DNA from: an uncultured Bacteroidota bacterium
GTDB lineage: Bacteria > Bacteroidota > Bacteroidia > Bacteroidales > GCA-2748055
DNA length: 64,000 nt
Direction of reading: 5' to 3'
Assembly (NCBI GenBank): GCA_937129385.1
Contig: CAKZNC010000197.1
Span: 10,397 to 74,396, forward strand
Part shown: piece by piece, positions 8,228-16,542 of the stretch
Position numbering within the stretch: position 1 is the stretch's first letter
Layout of the letters: each line of letters opens with the position of its first letter
The notes under the pieces: generated by a model
What the model was told of the DNA's origin: nothing
The model's input: the letters and a program-made list of their open reading frames with translations, nothing else
The model's database searches: none
Position numbers and translations under genes: made by a program

Positions 8228-9466
8228 ATGAAATACTCCAAGAACGGAAACATTCGTTTCAACCTCAAAAAGAAAACCGACAAACAGGGAAATCCGGTAA
8301 AAACTAACCTGCAAATCTGGCTAACATTCAATTTTGCAAACAACCGCCTCAGGTATTATACCGGAAAAAGAACAGATCAGAAATACTGGAACGCATCCAG
8401 TCAGCGGGTAAAAGCACAACATCCGGATGCCATCTTATTGAATGGTTATCTGAATGAACTGGCCTCCCTTGTCGAATCAAAATATACCAAGGCGGAAATC
8501 AATGATGAACGCATCACTTTAGAGGACTTAAAAAACGCACTGGATGAAAGAAGAAGAAAGATAGATTCGGAAGTCTATCCATTATTTCACCAGTTTATAG
8601 AATCGTACCGGGATCAAAAAGCAGTAACCACCGTAAAGAAATATGAAACGACCTTAAGGCATCTGAAAGAATTTGAAGAAAAGAAGAAATACAAAATTAC
8701 CTTCAACAGCATCGATCAGAGGTTTGAAGAACTGTTCAGGAAATACCTGCTGAAGGAAGAAAAACACACCGATAATACCATCACGAAACACATCAAGGCG
8801 CTGAAAACATTTCTAAACTATGCCACCGATATCGGGAAGAACAAGAACATGGAATTCAGGAAATTCTCCGTCAAGGAAAACAAGCCCGAAATCATTGTCC
8901 TGAGCTGGGAAGAATTAATGAAGCTGAACGACTATGAATTCACCGATCCGAAGTATAAGAAAGTACGGGATATCTTCTGTTTTGGATGCTTCACCGGATT
9001 ACGCTTTTCAGATATCCTACAATTGGCACCTCAACACATATTAGAAGATTATATCATCCTGAAGACAATCAAGAACCGAAAGGAAACAAGAATACCAATC
9101 ACGAAATATTCAAGGTCGATTATTGACAGGTATTTTAACGAAGAAAATGAAACACTTTTCCCAAAAATCAGTAATCAGAAGATGAATAAATATCTGAAAG
9201 AGTTGGCTAACTTAGCAGAACTGGATCAGAAAGTCCAGATCGTAAGATACCAGGGCAACAAAAGAATTGAATCGTTCCACCCCAAGCATGAAGTGATCAG
9301 TTCACATACTGCCAGAAAAACATTCATCACCAATGCCCTGAGATTAGGAATACCTTCCGAGATCATCATGGACATCACAGGCCATTCCGATCACAAGGTA
9401 TTTGAAAGGTATTATAAGATCGTGGACGAACACAAGAAAGAAGCAATGTTAAAAGCGTTTGAATAA
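8228..9466 (+). CDS. int: tyrosine-type site-specific integrase (Bacteroidota type)
   Basis: Catalytic-region motifs FTGLRFSD, HTARKTF and GHSDHKVFERYY give the R..HxxR..H..Y pattern. The ATG at 8228 is preferred to the TTG at 8204. Confidence 0.85.
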   Translation: MKYSKNGNIRFNLKKKTDKQGNPVKTNLQIWLTFNFANNRLRYYTGKRTDQKYWNASSQRVKAQHPDAILLNGYLNELASLVESKYTKAEINDERITLEDLKNALDERRRKIDSEVYPLFHQFIESYRDQKAVTTVKKYETTLRHLKEFEEKKKYKITFNSIDQRFEELFRKYLLKEEKHTDNTITKHIKALKTFLNYATDIGKNKNMEFRKFSVKENKPEIIVLSWEELMKLNDYEFTDPKYKKVRDIFCFGCFTGLRFSDILQLAPQHILEDYIILKTIKNRKETRIPITKYSRSIIDRYFNEENETLFPKISNQKMNKYLKELANLAELDQKVQIVRYQGNKRIESFHPKHEVISSHTARKTFITNALRLGIPSEIIMDITGHSDHKVFERYYKIVDEHKKEAMLKAFE

Positions 9467-10044
9467 TGGAGAAACCTGAAATCATAACTCAACTTGAAAA
9501 CGAATATAAATACGCTGTTGAATCTTATAAAAAGCGTGGAGAAGAATTACCCTACACTTTAGATGAGTATATCAGAATGGAATGTGATAAAAGGGTACAT
9601 CATGTTCCAATTCAGGGAGGAATGTTTAAGAAAAACTATTCCTATGCAGAGATTAAGGAAGCGGAAAAAGCCATTGAATATCTTGAAAGAAAACAATCGG
9701 TCAACGGATCAAAACAAGGAAGTGCAAGACAACTGGCCATTGCATTTCATTTCATGGTATTGGCTAAACATATGCCAAAAGGTACACTCGATCATTCAAA
9801 AAATGCTGAATTCTTAGAATTTCTAACCGGAAAAGGTTCTGAAAACATAAGAAAGAAACTGGGAAGCATTAAGAACGGAGAAGTAACCGGAATCAATTCT
9901 GAAAAAGAAACCCGTTCCCTGATCAACGATCTGAAAGTAACCAGAAATATATTTGATAATGTTTTATTTGAAAAGGAAGTTAAGTTAATCGATGCCTACA
10001 TTTCGAAACTGGAAAACGACCTCTCAACCATGACCGAAACCTGA
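9466..10044 (+). CDS. hypothetical protein, coupled to int
   Basis: A TAATG stop/start overlap links it to int. It is a 192-aa charged, helical-looking protein with no recognisable motif. Confidence 0.45.
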   Translation: MEKPEIITQLENEYKYAVESYKKRGEELPYTLDEYIRMECDKRVHHVPIQGGMFKKNYSYAEIKEAEKAIEYLERKQSVNGSKQGSARQLAIAFHFMVLAKHMPKGTLDHSKNAEFLEFLTGKGSENIRKKLGSIKNGEVTGINSEKETRSLINDLKVTRNIFDNVLFEKEVKLIDAYISKLENDLSTMTET

Positions 10045-10132
10045 TCCCTTAAACACTCTTTAGCACGTCATCCAATGAGCGAAGCGAAGTTCATTTTAAT
10101 GACCAACGGGAAGTTCTTTTTAAACTACTCAA

Positions 10133-10171
10133 GTGGATAGTTCATTGTAATAGAGTGAATAGTTCATTGTA
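10133..10171 (+). repeat. two direct 18-nt repeats GTGrATAGTTCATTGTAA, 21-nt period
   Basis: Copies at 10133-10150 and 10154-10171 differ at one position. They lie in the int-operon/membrane-gene intergenic region. Confidence 0.65.
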
Positions 10172-10207
10172 AAAAAATTCTATATTAGATATCAAAACAC
10201 CCAACAA

Positions 10208-10687
10208 ATGCTGAAAAACAAAAAACTACATCAATTTTTCTTTGTCCTATCCATTATTGGATTAATTAGCGGACTTATTGTACATCTAATCTCAATCATG
10301 GGTAAATATTTAGGAAATGATTATCCGTTCGTATGGGCTTTGCACTTTGGGGTATTCGTAGTGTTCATCCCTGCAATTTTATCGCTTAGGAACAATGCCA
10401 AGCTCACCAGCTTGGAATCCAAAAAACCATATAATCCTGTTAAAAAATTTACTGAGTATTTCCAGTATGCGCCAAAGTCGATAAAAGTTCTGATTATGCT
10501 ATTCTTTGTCTATGCTATAATTAATTTCTATCTGGTTTTTGCTGTATTTGGATCAGATGGACAGGAATTATCCGACTCACAACAGTTAAGAGCCTTTTCG
10601 GGTCATTGGATGTTATTTTACGCTGTTTCAATGGGAATCTTGTGGCCTCCAAACTTAATTCAAGTTAAAAATGACACAAGTATCTAG
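10208..10687 (+). CDS. small multi-pass membrane protein, unknown function
   Basis: About 4 hydrophobic helices (e.g. FFFVLSIIGLISGLIVHLISI, FGVFVVFIPAILSL). Confidence 0.45.
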   Translation: MLKNKKLHQFFFVLSIIGLISGLIVHLISIMGKYLGNDYPFVWALHFGVFVVFIPAILSLRNNAKLTSLESKKPYNPVKKFTEYFQYAPKSIKVLIMLFFVYAIINFYLVFAVFGSDGQELSDSQQLRAFSGHWMLFYAVSMGILWPPNLIQVKNDTSI

Positions 10688-11120
10688 AAGTATACCGAGA
10701 TTTTTGCGATACATACTTATAATTTCTATGGTAGTCGGGGTTACATTTTATATCATAGATGGGTTTATCCCCATAGTTCAGGATTTAAATCTTAATCTTG
10801 AATCACATCTTAGCGTTTTTATACCGTTGGTCGTGGTGACATTATTTTTCATATTCATGGTATTTTATGCATTTTGGTTAGCCTATAATTTGAGTGATCT
10901 GTCGTGTGATGGTATATACTTATATGCCCAAACTATGAAAAAGAATGCGAAAATACCTGTCGAAAATATAAAATCATATGTTAAAACTCCTTTTGGATTC
11001 AGGATAGACTTAAAAGAAAGGACAGAAATTGGTGAAAAGATATATTTTTCTTCTCAACAGTTCAAAATAAGGGCTACCAGAAAATATCTCGATAGTCTTG
11101 TAACAAAGGCAAATCAGTAA
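10671..11120 (+). CDS. small membrane protein with a soluble C-terminal domain, unknown function
   Basis: Two N-terminal TM helices. Overlaps the previous ORF by 17 nt. Confidence 0.45.
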   Translation: MTQVSRSIPRFLRYILIISMVVGVTFYIIDGFIPIVQDLNLNLESHLSVFIPLVVVTLFFIFMVFYAFWLAYNLSDLSCDGIYLYAQTMKKNAKIPVENIKSYVKTPFGFRIDLKERTEIGEKIYFSSQQFKIRATRKYLDSLVTKANQ

Positions 11121-11212
11121 CCAAACAATTTACTAAAAGAATTTCTGGGTATACCCAAACCCCACCCACAACTTTACACATCAATGAGATTTGTAGCATA
11201 AAAATTTATGTT

Positions 11213-11491
11213 ATGAATTTCAAATTTGATTTTGACGAAGAAAGATTCAAGGAACTGGTCCAGGAAGCGGTTGAACAAGCCCTCAACAAAGTTCCACAGG
11301 AAGAAAAAACCATTCCAGAAGAAGAACTCCTGAACATCGAACAGGCATGTGCACTCCTGCAATGTTCGAAAACCACCTTATACCATCACCGGAAATCCGG
11401 GAAACTCCCCTACCTGCAAAGAGGCAGAAAGATATTCTTCCGAAAGTCTGATCTGCTGAGTGAAATTAACCTAAGTCGTTCATTCCTGTAA
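11213..11491 (+). CDS. xis: HTH_17/excisionase-family DNA-binding protein
   Basis: LLNIEQACALLQCSKTTLYHHRKSGKLPYLQRGRKIFFRKSDL is the typical AlpA/Xis-type helix-turn-helix. Confidence 0.6.
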   Translation: MNFKFDFDEERFKELVQEAVEQALNKVPQEEKTIPEEELLNIEQACALLQCSKTTLYHHRKSGKLPYLQRGRKIFFRKSDLLSEINLSRSFL

Positions 11492-11549
11492 CCGTTCAGC
11501 TAGCATTATTAACAAGGCTGAACGTGTGCAACTATTGCACTCATCTGAA

Positions 11550-13115
11550 ATGATCGACACAATCGTCATACGGTTACACAATTTAAGGCAATACGAAAAT
11601 ATTGCTGATACACTCCTGAAAAAGAATGAGGGTGTAACCATCAAGGATATTGTCGATCCACATAAAAAGACCGCCCTGATCCAATTCAAAGAGGTCGAAT
11701 ACGGAGATTCCGGGAAAACCGTATCGCTGTATACAAATAAAATACTCACCTCCTCCCATTACTATCTCGCCTATCGCATCGACATGCGTAGGGATTTTAT
11801 AGATTTCAATTTCTCTATCCCGAAATATCTGTATGGTACGAATATTAAACAGTTTGTTCCTCATCAGGATGATCACTATTACTCAGAACATTTTAAGTGG
11901 GATAAAACCTGCGTCGAGGTAACTTATCAGAGATTAATGAGTTTCCTGACAGAATTCTTTTACGAAGTGTTCGGGGAAAACCAGATTGATGACATGGATG
12001 TGGAGATCAACCGGATCGACCTGTGTTACAACCAGATTTTTGACACCAAAGAAGAAGCACTCCGGTATCTGGATTACCAGAAGCGCATCCGTAAAAAATA
12101 CCTGCCGGAACATTCCAAGAACAAACACAGTTACGATACATCGGTCTTTCTGAAAACTGAAAGATACACAGCTAAAATCTACCACAAGGGAAGTGAATAC
12201 ACATCCAGCAACGGGGAAATCGGCAGGCACCGGAAGATCAATGAAGAACAACAGGAAGAAAAATTCCCGGTTGACAACAAATTCGACGAAGAAGGAAACG
12301 TAATCCGGGAAGGATTGCACAGCATTGCAGACAGGATACTGAGATATGAAATATCCTTCCGAAGTTCCTATATGGCTCACCTCCACAAGAAACATTTGTA
12401 CGCAAAGCATTGCAGCATGTTTCAGGAAATGAAAAAAGTACATACCGAGGTAAAACAGGTTTATGACAAATGTATGCGAGAAGCCAAGAAAGAATTAACC
12501 ATTGATTACCTCGACCCGAAAGAAGAAAAGGCCATCATCAATAAATATATGAAGCCATTCTATGAATACGACAAGCACAAAGTCAGGACATATAAAGATT
12601 TTGAATCGATCATGTCCCAGCGCATGAAATTCATGCTCCGGTTACCGGAAAGTGATCACAAGGACAATGAAACCATCCGGTTTTTTGACAGGGACAGCAG
12701 GGGAAATCCGAAAATAGCCAGGCATGCGATGTTCTCTAAAGACCTGTTTCAAATACTGGCATCTGAATTCGTAGACTTCATGGAACAGTTCCAGGTCAAT
12801 GATGAATTAAAATTCGAAGAGATCGACCTGAAGATCATGGAATACAATCAGGAAGTGGATGAATGGAACAGGCAGAGTGAAGAGAAGAAACAGAAGGTTT
12901 GTGAAGAAAGGGTGAAAAGAATACTACTTATGTTAAAACACCACAGTTTGGATGAGTTGGTAAGGTTGGGGGCAATATCAAGAAGGACAAAATATAATTT
13001 TAAGGGTGATATTGAAAAAATTAGAAAAACAAATGTTAACTTAGCTACATTAACAAGTTCAATTCCAGATTATAAGCTTTATTTATGTCAAAAAATAATT
13101 TTTAATAATATATGA
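11550..13115 (+). CDS. rep: candidate rolling-circle replication initiator (phage/plasmid gene II/X, CRI-like)
   Basis: N-terminal MIDTIVIRLHNL, then SIPKYLYGTN, INRIDLCYNQ and AKIYHKGSE (a YxK-type candidate active site). The ATG at 11550 is preferred to the GTG at 11526. Recognition is from memory of the family only. Confidence 0.45.
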   Translation: MIDTIVIRLHNLRQYENIADTLLKKNEGVTIKDIVDPHKKTALIQFKEVEYGDSGKTVSLYTNKILTSSHYYLAYRIDMRRDFIDFNFSIPKYLYGTNIKQFVPHQDDHYYSEHFKWDKTCVEVTYQRLMSFLTEFFYEVFGENQIDDMDVEINRIDLCYNQIFDTKEEALRYLDYQKRIRKKYLPEHSKNKHSYDTSVFLKTERYTAKIYHKGSEYTSSNGEIGRHRKINEEQQEEKFPVDNKFDEEGNVIREGLHSIADRILRYEISFRSSYMAHLHKKHLYAKHCSMFQEMKKVHTEVKQVYDKCMREAKKELTIDYLDPKEEKAIINKYMKPFYEYDKHKVRTYKDFESIMSQRMKFMLRLPESDHKDNETIRFFDRDSRGNPKIARHAMFSKDLFQILASEFVDFMEQFQVNDELKFEEIDLKIMEYNQEVDEWNRQSEEKKQKVCEERVKRILLMLKHHSLDELVRLGAISRRTKYNFKGDIEKIRKTNVNLATLTSSIPDYKLYLCQKIIFNNI

Positions 13116-13552
13116 GTAATTTCAAAACCGATCTTAAAAACTATATCCAAAAGAATTATTGGAATAATCCTTGGTTCATTCAGGACGAATTGAAAGAATT
13201 ATTTGAAGAACCGTTAATACAAGAACCTGAGAATTATTTTATTCGACCTATTTTTATAAATGATTCAGATGGAAAACAAAGAATTAAACTTGAAATATTA
13301 GTTCTAAATACAAATAGTATTCTGGACATTGGGATTCATGAAAATGGTTATGATATAGGTTATTCAAATCTTAAAGCTATCTCAATTATTAATCAAAATA
13401 GTAGAAGAGTAAAGGAAAAGAAGGTCTTTGATATTACAATTTATTTAAATAATAATGCAACATATCACTACAATAGTTTAAATCAAAGCGAATTTAAGAG
13501 GCTCTCCGAGGTTATTAATGAAATAAAAAGAAAACTCGACAATGTGGCTTAA
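13112..13552 (+). CDS. hypothetical protein (very AT-rich cargo)
   Basis: A 146-aa ORF with a 4-nt overlap with rep. No motif recognised. Confidence 0.4.
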   Translation: MSNFKTDLKNYIQKNYWNNPWFIQDELKELFEEPLIQEPENYFIRPIFINDSDGKQRIKLEILVLNTNSILDIGIHENGYDIGYSNLKAISIINQNSRRVKEKKVFDITIYLNNNATYHYNSLNQSEFKRLSEVINEIKRKLDNVA

Positions 13553-14186
13553 TAAATTATCATTATTCTTATCGAATAATATTATAAATCTGTTAGAACT
13601 TCTGCTAATTACATTATATGTAATCTATACTAGAAGAACTTTTATTGAAATAAAAAAACAAACTGATAGTCAAATAGATGCACAAATTACAGTTGATAAG
13701 GAGTTTTTTCAAGATCTTGACAAGATTGAAAATGATGAGATATTGCAAATAGAAAATCATGACGAAATAAAAGAGCCGGCTAAGGATTGGAGAGATAGAA
13801 TTATTAGATTATTTAATCTTACAGATACAGAAGAAGAAGACACATTACTCATTCAAAAAAGTATTGAAGGCAACTATTTGACATTCAAAATAAAAAACTA
13901 CGGACAAACTCCATTAAAAAGAATTGAAGTTAAAGGTAAATTAACAGTGCAATGCACCGATAGAACTAAGGAAAAAGATGCTGGATTAAAGCATTCAATA
14001 GATTATCCTATTGAAATAGAAGCGGATCATTATCTTGAAAAGGGTAAAAGGATAATTCTTCCAATAATGTCTGTCAATCAATTCCCGAAATATGATTTCG
14101 ATGTAGACATTCAATGGATGGATATTAAGGACAAAGAATACAAACCCATTAATTTTATTATAAGCGGAGAAAACTTACATATATAA
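13542..14186 (+). CDS. hypothetical N-terminally membrane-anchored protein (very AT-rich cargo)
   Basis: One N-terminal TM helix (NLLELLLITLYVIY) followed by an acidic linker and a beta-rich domain. Overlaps the previous ORF by 11 nt. Confidence 0.4.
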   Translation: MWLNKLSLFLSNNIINLLELLLITLYVIYTRRTFIEIKKQTDSQIDAQITVDKEFFQDLDKIENDEILQIENHDEIKEPAKDWRDRIIRLFNLTDTEEEDTLLIQKSIEGNYLTFKIKNYGQTPLKRIEVKGKLTVQCTDRTKEKDAGLKHSIDYPIEIEADHYLEKGKRIILPIMSVNQFPKYDFDVDIQWMDIKDKEYKPINFIISGENLHI

Positions 14187-14208
14187 TTGACACCTTTTTT
14201 GACACCAC
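14187..14208 (+). repeat. TTGACACC / TTGACACCAC doublet, 12-nt period (right end of E1)
   Basis: Copies at 14187-14194 and 14199-14208, in the same orientation and spacing as 8204-8225. Confidence 0.65.
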
Positions 14209-14215
14209 TAAAAAC

Positions 14216-14250
14216 GAAACCCGCTGTATATCAGCGGGTTTCTTGTTGTT
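14216..14250 (+). terminator. intrinsic terminator after the last E1 gene
   Basis: GAAACCCGCTG - tatat - CAGCGGGTTTC forms an 11-bp stem and is followed by TTGTTGTT. Confidence 0.6.
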
Positions 14251-14251
14251 A

Positions 14252-14270
14252 TGGTAGCTCCACCAGGAAT
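14252..14270. repeat. 19-nt exact copy of the tRNA-Arg 3' end (att copy b)
   Basis: TGGTAGCTCCACCAGGAAT is identical to 20185-20203. Confidence 0.7.
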
Positions 14271-14770
14271 AATTTTACCTATTTTTCCACTTTTTCTAGT
14301 ATCTTCACACTGGTTTTAAATGAGTGTCAATGAGATAGTTACTCCATATTTCATCTGATTTCAGTTTCGTTTCAAATGTTTACCAATGTTTACCAAAAAT
14401 GGATTGAATGGTAATTCGGTTTATTTTTTCGAATGAAATCAGATGAGTTCAATTTCTGCTTCTTAACAATCCTGGAAAAGAAATCCCTGTTAATAAAACT
14501 CAACTCAGAAATATTGGCATTCGTTTTTTTTTTTCTTAAATTTATTTAGCCAATGTGAATTAACTCGTATCCTAACATGTCTAAAACCCTTATCAATCTT
14601 AGTAAGTAGAATCCTAATCTGAACTATTGGTGACATGTACAAGGTGCATTTTTCCAAGGGGAGTAATGAATCTTTCCAAAAGCAAAATTCATAAAAAAGA
14701 CTCACCCCCAAGATCTCGCAAAAGGCTTGAGGGTGAGGAAAACCGAAGTTTAATTTAACACCTTACAAAG

Positions 14771-15703
14771 ATGAAAAAAATAGTTTTGTTTCTAATTACC
14801 TGTACACTTTTTAGTTGTAAAGAAGATGAAATCATAAATCAACAAGATGAGTTAATGTTTGAAAACGAAGAAGTAATAGATTCTCAGTTTCCCTCCTTGA
14901 ATGAAATTTCATTCACAATTGATGATAATATTCTAAGTTTCGAAACTTTGGAAGATTATCAAATGATGTTAGATTATATGTGCGGAATTCAAGAGTATGA
15001 CTATGACAGATTTGAAGAGTTCCTTTCATTCCATTCTTACAGAAAGGAACATCAAGCCAAAGGGAAAGAGCTACCAATAAATGACGCTGAGACTTTTGTT
15101 CTTTTGAATCCTGAAGGATCTATTATCATTGAAGGTCATAAATTCACGCTTAACTTTTATACAGAAAAAATCGTAGTACATGAAATCACTGAGATGGGTT
15201 TAAAGTCTTTACAAAGAGGTTTCGATTGGAATGAATCGGTGCTGGACATTTTATTTAATGATGGCCAAGATTCTAATCTTAAAACGGCAGAAGGCATCAC
15301 TGAATGTCCTAGTAAGGAAGCTTATGATGAATGGGAGGTTTGGAGTTCTGATGTTACCGTTAGATTGTGGTATAATTCTTTTCCATTAGCTTATAAACTC
15401 AAAGCAAAGATAACCCAATCTCCTGATTTTGGTGGGCTTGATTTGTATATGGACACATACTCATATGATCCAGTGAGGTATCAAAATAAGAATTCCTGTT
15501 GGTCAGAAGATTGGGTTAATGCTATAGAAGGCTCTGGTCCTTCCCTATCTTATACATTTTATTATAGTGCTACAAAAAGACTTGATGCCTTTGATGCGAA
15601 AGTTGCTTTTAGCGCAACTTACGATGGAACCCCTCCTTACTATGACTATGAAGGCGGTTATGGATCTATAGAATGTGATGTTAATGAATTAACGTGCAAT
15701 TAA
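14771..15703 (+). CDS. lipoprotein, unknown function
   Basis: MKKIVLFLITCTLFSCKEDE is a lipobox signal. Confidence 0.5.
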   Translation: MKKIVLFLITCTLFSCKEDEIINQQDELMFENEEVIDSQFPSLNEISFTIDDNILSFETLEDYQMMLDYMCGIQEYDYDRFEEFLSFHSYRKEHQAKGKELPINDAETFVLLNPEGSIIIEGHKFTLNFYTEKIVVHEITEMGLKSLQRGFDWNESVLDILFNDGQDSNLKTAEGITECPSKEAYDEWEVWSSDVTVRLWYNSFPLAYKLKAKITQSPDFGGLDLYMDTYSYDPVRYQNKNSCWSEDWVNAIEGSGPSLSYTFYYSATKRLDAFDAKVAFSATYDGTPPYYDYEGGYGSIECDVNELTCN

Positions 15704-15796
15704 ATTTGTTGAAATTGTCAAATTGTTTTGATTCAAAATGTATTCCATCCATATTGGAGCTGTCTTAAAAAGTTGAGACAGCTCCAACCTTATATT

Positions 15797-16447
15797 ATGT
15801 TAGAGCTACTCCCTAGAAAAGTGGCACTCCTATTCAGTATTCTGCTGACTATCCAAGTATGCACAGCTCAGTATTCCCCCTTCAGAGGGGGTCTAACTAT
15901 TGGCTCAGGCCTTTCAACGGTAATTGATACAAACTATATTAATAACGGGTATGGTATACCATTTCATCTAGGAATGCTCGTAAACAGAGATATTGGTGAA
16001 AATGCATACCTTGAATTATGTATGCGGATTTCATTCCAGGGTAATGCATATAAATACTATCCTGGTAACGGGGTAACTGAAGTTCGAGGATTAACACTTT
16101 TCTTCTATGAGTTTAATACTTCTTATAATAGCATCATATATTTACCTATAAAGCCTGATTTATACTATTGTATTGGGATTTCAAATTCCATGACAATAGC
16201 TGATCCTTCAAATTATTCTGGAACAAGATTTATTGATGAACACTTCAAGCGCTATAAGTTTTCATTGTACTCTGGATTCAGGGTTCAAAAAAACAATACA
16301 CGATGGAGTATTCTATATAACCTCTCTCCTATATCAGTAGTAAAGCCTGAATACGGAGCTGCATTAGTGGCGCATAATCCAGATTATGGAGGACGGATTT
16401 ACCTTACCGACCTATCCCTTTATTTTGCATATATATTTGATTACTAA
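15797..16447 (+). CDS. putative outer-membrane beta-barrel protein
   Basis: The internal Met gives the signal peptide MLELLPRKVALLFSILLTIQVCTAQ. The sequence has alternating beta-strand character and an aromatic-rich C-terminus. Confidence 0.45.
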   Translation: MLELLPRKVALLFSILLTIQVCTAQYSPFRGGLTIGSGLSTVIDTNYINNGYGIPFHLGMLVNRDIGENAYLELCMRISFQGNAYKYYPGNGVTEVRGLTLFFYEFNTSYNSIIYLPIKPDLYYCIGISNSMTIADPSNYSGTRFIDEHFKRYKFSLYSGFRVQKNNTRWSILYNLSPISVVKPEYGAALVAHNPDYGGRIYLTDLSLYFAYIFDY

Positions 16448-16542
16448 CTTAATTAATATCCAAGTATTTAAACAACAACCTAAAATTTTCACCGTATATA
16501 GAATTGTTTACCCTTTGCTCATATAGCATCAAATTCCAAGGT

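Larger units (their letters stand above)
8061..14270 (+). mobile_element. integrative element E1 (int-xis-rep plus small ORFs), about 6.2 kb
   Basis: Bounded by tRNA 3'-end copies. All 8 ORFs are co-directional, it is AT-rich, and TTGACACCAC doublets lie just inside both ends. Confidence 0.6.

Noticed and set aside
8061-14270. E1 interpreted as an integrated filamentous (inovirus-like) prophage, because of the gpII-like Rep and small membrane proteins.
   Set aside because: No ORF carries a Walker A P-loop of the pI/Zot morphogenesis ATPase type. There is no obvious ssDNA-binding or major-coat-sized (under 90 aa) gene in the ORF track, and no secretin. This is not excluded, but it is unsupported.
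14505-14711. A 68-aa minus-strand ORF in the E2 leader.
   Set aside because: It spans the T11/A11 homopolymer (giving KKKK), has no signal or motif, and lies in what looks like regulatory or degenerate DNA.
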